The translations under genes and the position numbers were made by a program. A DNA stretch of 64,000 nt from NCBI GenBank assembly GCA_004195715.1, contig PSPX01000002.1:29937-93936 (forward strand). The letters run 5' to 3'. The stretch comes from Methanobacteriota archaeon (GTDB lineage: Archaea; Thermoplasmatota; Poseidoniia; Poseidoniales; Thalassarchaeaceae). Every line of letters starts with the position of its first letter. Position 1 is the stretch's first letter. The notes below the pieces were generated by a model. The model was not told where the DNA came from. It made no database searches and was given only the letters and a program-made list of their open reading frames with translations. Below are positions 56,897 to 64,000 of the stretch, in pieces.

Positions 56897-58306
56897 ATGA
56901 GAGACAGTAGCGGATGGAGACCTACGGCCTACCGCTCCCACACCATAGGGCAGGTGGTGTCCGACGGCGCGGACATGGTTGGCTCCGAAGTAACCGTTGC
57001 GGGCTATGCGGAAACAGTGCGAGGACGCGGAGGAATCTGCTTCCTGATGCTGCGTGACGGCACCGGTCGCATACAGGCGTTCTTGAAGAGAGACAACATG
57101 GACGAGGGACTTTTCAGCGCCATTCAATCAGCGACTAGAGAGTCGACCATCCAAGTCACTGGAACGGTGGCTCAGAAGCGTCCTCCAAAACTCGCCGAGG
57201 GCGAGTCCGCGCCGCCTCCGGAGTTTGAGGTCAATGTGACAGTTGCGAGAGTTCTCGCCGGTGCTGCTGCTCCACTACCCGTAGGTGTGACTGACGATGT
57301 TCACGTAGGTCTCGATGTCAGACTGGACAATCGTCACCTCGACCTACGACGAGCGCATGTTAACGCGATGTTTCAACTGCGAGGGAAAGTACTGCAGTAC
57401 GGCCGTGACCACCTCATCTCCGAGGGCTTTCAAGAAATCAACACCCCGAAAATCATCGCTGCTGCTGCAGAAGGCGGCACCAACCTATTCCCGATAAAGT
57501 ATTTTGAGACAGACGCCTATCTCTCGCAAAGCCCTCAGCTGTACAAGCAGCTCGCGGTCCTCGGTGGACTCGAGCGTGTCTTTGAGATCGGCCCGGCCTT
57601 CCGTGCCGAGAAGCACGACACCTACCGCCACCTGAACGAGTTCATCTCCTTCGACATCGAGGGCGCTTGGATGGACGACGAGGACGTGATGGGAGTTCAG
57701 GAAAGGATGATTCACCATATCTGGAGCCAAGTTGCAGTCAACGACCAGGGCCTCATCGATATGGTCAACGAATACCGTGCCGGCCAGGGCCAAGAGCCTG
57801 TCACAGTCGAGGTCCCAAATGTGCCGTTCCCACGCATCCCCTACTGCGATGCCATCGAGATTGTCAAGTCGGGCGGTGGCCAGATAGAGTGGGGTGATGA
57901 CATCGAGAGTCACCACTGTGACATTGTCGCAGCACAGTATCCCGGTTTCCACTTTATCCTGTGCTGGCCGATGTCGATGAAACCGTTCTACATTCACCAC
58001 AAGGAAGACGAGAAGGGTTCCTCGGGCGGCCAGTTGAGTCGCGGCTTCGATCTCAACTACGGGCGAGATGAGATGACCAGCGGTGGTCAGCGCGAGCACC
58101 GAGTCGACGTGCTTGAGCAGAACCTGCGCAACATGGGTCTTGAGCCGGCAGACTTCGCCTTCTATACAGATGGATTCCGCTACGGCGCGCCTCCACATGC
58201 TGGCTGGGGACTTGGCGTAGCCCGCCTACTGATGGTACTGACTGATGCCGGCAATGTCCGTGAGGTCGTGCTTTTCCCGCGCGACCGGAGCCGAGTCACT
58301 CCGTGA
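56897..58306 (+). CDS. aspS: Aspartyl-tRNA synthetase (archaeal type)
   Basis: OB anticodon domain, AEGGTNLF, SQSPQLYKQ, FRAE...HLNEF, GGQREH, PPHAGWGLG, FPRD. Confidence 0.95.
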   Translation: MRDSSGWRPTAYRSHTIGQVVSDGADMVGSEVTVAGYAETVRGRGGICFLMLRDGTGRIQAFLKRDNMDEGLFSAIQSATRESTIQVTGTVAQKRPPKLAEGESAPPPEFEVNVTVARVLAGAAAPLPVGVTDDVHVGLDVRLDNRHLDLRRAHVNAMFQLRGKVLQYGRDHLISEGFQEINTPKIIAAAAEGGTNLFPIKYFETDAYLSQSPQLYKQLAVLGGLERVFEIGPAFRAEKHDTYRHLNEFISFDIEGAWMDDEDVMGVQERMIHHIWSQVAVNDQGLIDMVNEYRAGQGQEPVTVEVPNVPFPRIPYCDAIEIVKSGGGQIEWGDDIESHHCDIVAAQYPGFHFILCWPMSMKPFYIHHKEDEKGSSGGQLSRGFDLNYGRDEMTSGGQREHRVDVLEQNLRNMGLEPADFAFYTDGFRYGAPPHAGWGLGVARLLMVLTDAGNVREVVLFPRDRSRVTP

Positions 58307-59073
58307 CCGAAAATAACGGGTATCTAAGGCCCCTACGCGAAACGGGGACCATGGCCAAGCCGAGATTCGCCTACTTGCTCTTGAAGGAGCATCCGTACGG
58401 TCGCGAGATGCTGCGTCAGATACTCTCTGAGGGATTTGTTCCCGAGATTATCATTGAGGAGGATTCGCCAGTCGGAGATGAGGAGCGCGAGAAGTTTCTC
58501 GACCGAATTGAGGGCAACCCGATAGCTCCACCGATAGCCGAGCAGGCTGCTGAAAATGGAATCCCCCTAGTGACTGTCCCGATTCACAAGTCACCCGAGG
58601 TCATGCCTCACTTAGAGGGATTGGATCTCAACCTCATCGTATTCGGAGGAACCCGGATAATCCGAGGAGATATACTTGACTACCCCTCTGACGGGGTAAT
58701 CAACGCTCATCCCGGGCTGCTGCCCGAATGCAGAGGATCGGCCTCGCCTGCATGGTCGGTGTACCACGATATCCGCGTCGGCTCGACCTGTCACTTCTGT
58801 GACAACGGCATAGACACGGGAGAGATGTTAATCAAGCGCGAAGTCGCGGTGAAGAAGGGTATGACCTACGAGGATCTGTGCTACGAGACTCTGGTTCTGG
58901 CTGGGGTCTTGATGAAGGAGGCATTGATGGCATACGAGGACGGCCGCTGGCATGAGATGCGCCGTCCGCAAGGTGAAAGCGAGCACCCGACCTTCCGCAA
59001 TGCGTCGGAAGAGGTGCTCGAAGTTGTCCACCAGAAACTGCGCGACCAGACGTACGCTCATTACGTGGATTAG
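58303..59073 (+). CDS. 10-formyl-THF-dependent formyltransferase family protein (Fmt/PurN fold)
   Basis: INAHPGLLPECRGS and DNGIDTG motifs. Start either GTG 58303 (overlapping the aspS stop) or ATG 58351. Confidence 0.8.
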   Translation: MTENNGYLRPLRETGTMAKPRFAYLLLKEHPYGREMLRQILSEGFVPEIIIEEDSPVGDEEREKFLDRIEGNPIAPPIAEQAAENGIPLVTVPIHKSPEVMPHLEGLDLNLIVFGGTRIIRGDILDYPSDGVINAHPGLLPECRGSASPAWSVYHDIRVGSTCHFCDNGIDTGEMLIKREVAVKKGMTYEDLCYETLVLAGVLMKEALMAYEDGRWHEMRRPQGESEHPTFRNASEEVLEVVHQKLRDQTYAHYVD

Positions 59074-59081
59074 GTGACAAG

Positions 59082-59882
59082 ATGAACGATGGACTACTAA
59101 ATGATGGGTTTCCCTTCGCCGAGAGGGCACTAGATGGACAGACTGCACTGGTTTGCGGTGCTTCGAAGGGAATCGGGCGCGCCTGCGCGCTGATGCTTGC
59201 TCGTGCGGGCGCCCGCGTGGTCGCGTGTGCCCGTTCTGTAGTCGACCTCGATTCGCTGGTTGCAGAAATGCACGGAGACGGGCACGAGGCTCTTGCACTG
59301 GATCTTGAAGATTTGAGCGCCGTACGCGAGGCCGTATCCGATATGGACACCATACACATCCTCGTGAATAACTCCGGTGGACCTCCCGGCGGACCGCTGC
59401 TTGAGAATACCGTCGATGAATTTGAGGGGCCGTTCCGCCGCCACCTGCATGCCGCCCACACGATCACACAGGCACTAGTGCCCGGCATGGAGGCCTCTGG
59501 CACAGGGCGAATCGTGAACATCATCTCTACCTCGGTGCGCGAGCCGATTGACAACATAGGCCTCTCAAACACCCTTCGCGGAGCGATGGCATCGTGGGCC
59601 AAGTCGCTGTCGCGCGAGTTGCCTGCCTGCGTGACCATCAACAATATCATGCCCGGTTTCACCGACACTGACAGGCTGGGCTCACTGGCTGCATCCATCT
59701 CCGAGCGCACTGGCAAGCCGGTCGAGGATGTTCGAGATGATTGGATGAACGGGGTGCCCATTCAACGCCTCATCGATCCATTGGAAACTGCCGCAGCGGT
59801 CACTTGGCTCTGTCTTCCGAGCAGCAGCGCTGTTCGCGGCATCAGTCTAGCAGTAGATGGCGGGAGAATGCGTTCAATCTGA
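59082..59882 (+). CDS. SDR oxidoreductase
   Basis: CGASKGIG, LVNNSGGP, SNTLR (no YxxxK), NNIMPG, AVDGG. Confidence 0.88.
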   Translation: MNDGLLNDGFPFAERALDGQTALVCGASKGIGRACALMLARAGARVVACARSVVDLDSLVAEMHGDGHEALALDLEDLSAVREAVSDMDTIHILVNNSGGPPGGPLLENTVDEFEGPFRRHLHAAHTITQALVPGMEASGTGRIVNIISTSVREPIDNIGLSNTLRGAMASWAKSLSRELPACVTINNIMPGFTDTDRLGSLAASISERTGKPVEDVRDDWMNGVPIQRLIDPLETAAAVTWLCLPSSSAVRGISLAVDGGRMRSI

Positions 59883-59895
59883 ATGGGGTCCCGCT

Positions 59896-61137
59896 ATGCG
59901 GTTTGACATCTTCTTCTCAATCTCCCAGACACCGGACACGTCCGGTCACACACCCTCCGAAAGCGAGATGTTTAACAATTTCTTCGAACAGGTCGAGTTA
60001 GCCGACAAACTTGGGTTCGGAGTCGGATGGGTCGCTCAGGCGCATCTCTCGACCGTTGTTCAGAAACGGAACAGCAGACCTGTGGTCCCACACTATCCTG
60101 GCGAGGTTGGTCTTTGTACCGACTTCTTCCAAGTCGCAAGTCACATGTTCGCCCGCACTGAACGGATGGAGGTCGGGAGTGCAGTGATGTCGATACTCGC
60201 TTCAGGCGGGCCAATCGCCCAGGCAGAGCGGGTCGGTGCTTTCCTAGCTCTGCACGGCATGGACCCGAGCGAGAGTCGTAGACTGCACATCGGATTCTCT
60301 GCAGGACGCTTCGAGTTCATGGCACGGCCATATGGCATCGTGCCGCGCGACGCAGTCGAAGAGGCGGCGTGGCCCGCACTGCGTGGACAGGTCTTCGCCG
60401 AGGCCTCGGAGGTCTTTCTCCGGCTACTAAACGGCGAAGTGGTCTCCTCGGATATGATTCTCCCCACAATACTGACTCGTTCGAACTTCCGCTCTGATGA
60501 GGACTGGAGGGGTGTTCAGGAGGCTGCTGTGTCACTGCGAGGTCTCGATTCGCCCCCAGATTCCATCGAAATCGCTAGGCGTTACGAGTTTGAGGAGATC
60601 AAGACAATCCCTCAGGAATGGCGCCGGGAACTGCTCAACCTCGTGCTCGGCAGCCACGACCCTAACTTACAGGTCGAAGTGAACAAGCACAGGCCGGTGC
60701 AGGTATTCAACCTCAGCATCACCCCTCCGCACATCATCGAAGAGACGCATGACAGGTTCCGTAAGCACTACCATCCCGATGGAGGGGCATGGGAGCGCAG
60801 CATGATGCCGCGCACCACCATGGTCTTCGTGAACGACGAAGAGGGACTCACTCCCAATGAGCAGAACGATGCTGCGATGGAGGAGGCGAGGGCTGCGCTC
60901 TCGACGTACTGGAACGCACTGGAGGGGACCATTGATCCGGCGAAAATCGAGCGGGCGACGGATAATGCGGTAATCGGCAATGTCGATAGTGTCTGCGAGC
61001 AGATACTCGAGAGGTTTCACCCCGAAGATCGTCTGATGTGCTGGTTCGACTTCTTCAACCACGACAGTGAGCGCGTCCAGAGGAACATGGCGGCATTCAT
61101 GACCAAGGTCGCACCGCGCGTCAACGGAGGTGTCTGA
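59896..61137 (+). CDS. Luciferase-like (LLM class) flavin-dependent oxidoreductase
   Basis: EQVELADKLGFGVGWVAQAH, RTERMEVGSAV, AER...GRL-type pattern, C-terminal GNVDSVCEQI. Confidence 0.8.
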   Translation: MRFDIFFSISQTPDTSGHTPSESEMFNNFFEQVELADKLGFGVGWVAQAHLSTVVQKRNSRPVVPHYPGEVGLCTDFFQVASHMFARTERMEVGSAVMSILASGGPIAQAERVGAFLALHGMDPSESRRLHIGFSAGRFEFMARPYGIVPRDAVEEAAWPALRGQVFAEASEVFLRLLNGEVVSSDMILPTILTRSNFRSDEDWRGVQEAAVSLRGLDSPPDSIEIARRYEFEEIKTIPQEWRRELLNLVLGSHDPNLQVEVNKHRPVQVFNLSITPPHIIEETHDRFRKHYHPDGGAWERSMMPRTTMVFVNDEEGLTPNEQNDAAMEEARAALSTYWNALEGTIDPAKIERATDNAVIGNVDSVCEQILERFHPEDRLMCWFDFFNHDSERVQRNMAAFMTKVAPRVNGGV

Positions 61138-62323
61138 GATGAGCGAGGACGGGAGCGGCAGGCCATCGAGCGTGACCCCCGGCAGGCCGGGTTCCGCAAT
61201 CTATCCAACCAATCCCCTCGGCGAGCAGTATGAGGGTATCGCGACTGGTCGCGATGTCGAGTGGGAGCCTCTAGTCGACTTTCGCCGCATGGATATCTCC
61301 GAGAACACCATCCACGGTGCCATCGCATGGGCCCACGGCACCGAGATAGTGCACTCCTTCGGAGGTAACGTACTGGTCTACGGGCGCTCGATGATGAAGC
61401 CGCTGATGATGAAGACATTTCAAGAGGCTTTGGCCTCGGACGGACTGACCAGCGAACAGATGGCCATAGCCTGCTCCTCGCACAACGGCGACACTGAGCA
61501 CGTGGCAGCCGCGCAGTCACTGCTGACAGAGTCTGAATGGGGGCTGATGCAGTGCCCACTGGACGTCCCACTCATTCAGTTCGGCCGGCAGGTCAGACGC
61601 CCACGCCGCTGGTTCCACACCTGTTCTGGAGAACATGCAGCGATGCTCAAGGCACTGCGGAGTATGGGCATCAATAGGGCCGGCTACACCCTGCCGAGCT
61701 CACCTTGGTTCTCGATGTACCTCGATGTGCTCCGGCGCATGATGGGAAAACCCGACTGGGAGCCACAGAGGGTCGCCAAGGACGGCTGCGGATTGCCTAC
61801 GGTCTCCAACACCGTTGACGAGCTTGCAGTGATGTTTGCAGGGCTCGTCCGCGAGAAGGACGATGACTGGATCTGGGGTGCCATGAACAGCCATCCCGAC
61901 CTCGTCGGCGGATTCAACCGTCTCGATTCTACCTGCCTGAAGGCGGGCGAGGGCAGGATCCTAGCCAAGGAGGGCGCCGACGGTCTGCTCGGTCTGTCTA
62001 TTATCCACCCTGACTGGCCTGAAGGCCTAGGGATAGTAATCAAGATTGCCCACGGTTGGAACAGCCAGGCCACTTGGTACGTCGCCCGCGCTGTACTAGG
62101 AGTGCTTGGAATTCGTCTGCGTAACCCGTATCCACTGCATCGACAGAAGGCATTCATAGTTCCGGGAATGGTACCATCGCAGTACCTCGAGGAACTTGAG
62201 AGCGTCGTTACCTGGGATGAGTGGGACCCTGACCGGGACAGATTCTCGCTGGATTGGAAGGAATACTCAGCAGGGATGACTCGTTCTGACCCGTTCGCCA
62301 ACGAAGGCCCGGGAGACTCGTGA
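61130..62323 (+). CDS. Class 3 (Rhizobium AnsA-type) asparaginase-family protein with an altered metal motif
   Basis: RSMMKP, CSSHNG, TCSGEH (family NCSGKH), DGCG, KEGADG. Confidence 0.75.
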   Translation: MSEMSEDGSGRPSSVTPGRPGSAIYPTNPLGEQYEGIATGRDVEWEPLVDFRRMDISENTIHGAIAWAHGTEIVHSFGGNVLVYGRSMMKPLMMKTFQEALASDGLTSEQMAIACSSHNGDTEHVAAAQSLLTESEWGLMQCPLDVPLIQFGRQVRRPRRWFHTCSGEHAAMLKALRSMGINRAGYTLPSSPWFSMYLDVLRRMMGKPDWEPQRVAKDGCGLPTVSNTVDELAVMFAGLVREKDDDWIWGAMNSHPDLVGGFNRLDSTCLKAGEGRILAKEGADGLLGLSIIHPDWPEGLGIVIKIAHGWNSQATWYVARAVLGVLGIRLRNPYPLHRQKAFIVPGMVPSQYLEELESVVTWDEWDPDRDRFSLDWKEYSAGMTRSDPFANEGPGDS

Positions 62324-63828
62324 TGGAACCGGACAAGTGCTGCGAATCAGGCTGCATCCCGTGTGAGCGCGATCCTGATGGACAAGAGCCTCTGGACCTG
62401 TGCAATTACATCGGAGGGGAGTTCGTATGCCACTCCGGTGACGAGTGGATCAACGTCCTCGAACCAGCCACTGGCCACCGCTTCGCAAGAGCCCCCCTGT
62501 CCAGAGAGAGCGATGTCGGCGATGCCGTCAGCGCCGCGAGGCAGGCACAGCCGGCATGGGGTGCTCTGAGCCACTCCGAGCGTGCCGACTGGCTGGACCG
62601 CATCGCCGATGCGCTCGAGGCGCGATACGAGGATGTCGCAGCGCTCGAGAGCCGTGACACCGGCAAGCCAATCTCGCTGGCCCGTGACGTCGATGCACAG
62701 CGCTCAGTGTCCAACTTCCGCTTCTTCGCGGGCATGCTGCGAGAGCACGAAGAGGAAGTCTTCGAGATGGCCAGCGCGACCAACTACGTCGTCCATAAGC
62801 CGGTCGGAGTCGGCGCTCTAATCACTCCTTGGAACCTGCCGCTCTACCTACTCTCGTGGAAGATTGCACCATCGATTGGCATGGGTAACACCGTGGTGTG
62901 CAAGCCCAGTGAGTTGACTCCGATGACCGCGGACCTGCTGATGCAAATCATCGACGAGGTCGGCCTGCCAGCTGGAGTGGTCAATCTGGTGCACGGGGAC
63001 GGAGCCGGCGCTGGAGCCCATCTGGTGGCCCACTCGGACGTCGATCTGGTCTCGTTCACCGGTGGAACGTCAACCGGTGAGAAGGTGGCCGCATCGGCCG
63101 CTCCTGCGTTCAAGAAACTCAGCCTCGAGCTCGGCGGTAAGAATGCGAGCATTGTTTTCGCAGACTGCAATATGGAATCCACAGTGGCAGGGGTCATCCG
63201 AGCGGGCTTCCTGAACCAAGGCCAGGTCTGCCTGTGCGGCTCTAGGGTTCTGATTGAGGACTCAATTTACGACGAATTCCGTGACCGCTTCGTTAACGCG
63301 GTCGAAGCGATGCGAATGGGCGATCCCTCGGACGAGGCCACCGACCTCGGGGCACTTATCTCAGGGGGACACCTCGAGAAGGTTCAGGGCTACGTCGAGC
63401 TGGCCAAGCAGGAAGGAGGCAGTCTGCTCACCGGCGGAACGCCGTGCATGCCCACAGGATTCGAGCATGGCAACTGGATGGCGCCCACGGTCATCGAGGG
63501 ACTGAGTTCCGATTCGCGGTGCTCGACCGAGGAGATCTTCGGGCCCGTGGTCACGCTCCACCCATTCAGCAGCGAAGACGAGGCAGTGACCATCGCCAAC
63601 AACACCCGCTACGGGCTCGCCGGAAGCGTATGGACGGGTGACCTTGCGAGGGGCAAGCGGATTTCCGAGGCCATGGACACAGGGATGGTATGGGTCAACA
63701 CCTGGCTGCACAGGGACCTGCGAGTTCCATTCGGTGGCGTCAAGGACAGCGGAGTGGGCCGCGAGGGCGGCAAGTGGAGTCTGGGCTTCTTCTCAGAGGC
63801 CATGAACGTCTGTGTCAAGCACGACTGA
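62320..63828 (+). CDS. Aldehyde dehydrogenase, 2-aminomuconate/2-hydroxymuconate semialdehyde dehydrogenase (ALDH8) type
   Basis: [45 protein letters not shown]. Confidence 0.85.
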   Translation: MMEPDKCCESGCIPCERDPDGQEPLDLCNYIGGEFVCHSGDEWINVLEPATGHRFARAPLSRESDVGDAVSAARQAQPAWGALSHSERADWLDRIADALEARYEDVAALESRDTGKPISLARDVDAQRSVSNFRFFAGMLREHEEEVFEMASATNYVVHKPVGVGALITPWNLPLYLLSWKIAPSIGMGNTVVCKPSELTPMTADLLMQIIDEVGLPAGVVNLVHGDGAGAGAHLVAHSDVDLVSFTGGTSTGEKVAASAAPAFKKLSLELGGKNASIVFADCNMESTVAGVIRAGFLNQGQVCLCGSRVLIEDSIYDEFRDRFVNAVEAMRMGDPSDEATDLGALISGGHLEKVQGYVELAKQEGGSLLTGGTPCMPTGFEHGNWMAPTVIEGLSSDSRCSTEEIFGPVVTLHPFSSEDEAVTIANNTRYGLAGSVWTGDLARGKRISEAMDTGMVWVNTWLHRDLRVPFGGVKDSGVGREGGKWSLGFFSEAMNVCVKHD

Positions 63829-63871
63829 TGCAGTAAGAGTGAAAGTCCGCTCTTGGGCGATGCGAAGCAAT

Positions 63872-64000
63872 ATGGCGCCAGTGGGCATTGTCGGATTGGG
63901 TGCATACGTCCCACCCAATATCATGACCAACGACGACTGGGCCGAGATAATCGATACTAGCGACGAGTGGATAACCACCAAGACCGGCATCAAAGAGCGT
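63872..64000 (+). CDS. fabH: 3-oxoacyl-ACP synthase III (FabH) family, 5' fragment running off the window
   Basis: Manual translation [43 protein letters not shown] carries the FabH hallmark DTSDEWIxxxTGIxER. Confidence 0.82.
   Translation, partial: MAPVGIVGLGAYVPPNIMTNDDWAEIIDTSDEWITTKTGIKER

Noticed and set aside
57485-58198. 237-aa ORF antisense to aspS
   Set aside because: Lies wholly opposite a conserved gene. Open antisense frames are expected in GC-rich coding DNA.
58832-59761. 309-aa ORF antisense to the formyltransferase and SDR (likewise 61684-62301, 15953-16558, 18181-18771)
   Set aside because: S/R/P-rich shadow frames with no recognisable domain.

Overview
Archaeal chromosomal DNA, densely coding and fairly GC-rich, with no recognisable mobile element or CRISPR array. 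The information-processing genes are archaeal (PolD small subunit, aIF2-alpha, Nop10, L37e/L40e/L44e/S27e, NOB1, LonB, archaeal TyrRS and AspRS, SAMP-type ubiquitin-like proteins). They are mixed with many bacterial-type metabolic genes and large acidic surface proteins. This mix best fits Thermoplasmatota, most likely Marine Group II (Ca. Poseidoniales); the assignment is inferred and was not searched. The window holds about 63 CDS (the last one truncated) and 3 intron-less tRNAs with encoded CCA (Val-TAC, Ser-CGA, Val-CAC). The most notable observations are: (1) a ~990-aa lipoprotein whose C-terminal half is 21 consecutive units, mostly exactly 21 aa, each a Dx[DN]xDG loop plus a ~12-residue strand, lying directly downstream of a membrane-anchored double winged-helix regulator; (2) a tightly packed run aspS - formyltransferase - SDR - luciferase-like monooxygenase - AnsA-type asparaginase-like protein - ALDH8-type dehydrogenase - bacterial-type FabH; (3) a bacterial/eukaryotic class II CCA-adding enzyme in an archaeon; (4) a minimal SerK-like ParB/Srx protein; (5) a GcvH-like protein lacking its lipoyl lysine; (6) fusions (PiT-DUF47, redoxin-CcdA, Cas4/AddB-like nuclease-OB folds); (7) an AT-rich repeat-bearing intergenic gap and several promoter-proximal palindromes. 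All family assignments come from motif recognition by eye. Several start codons were moved downstream of the ORF-track start where overlap or homology suggested it.
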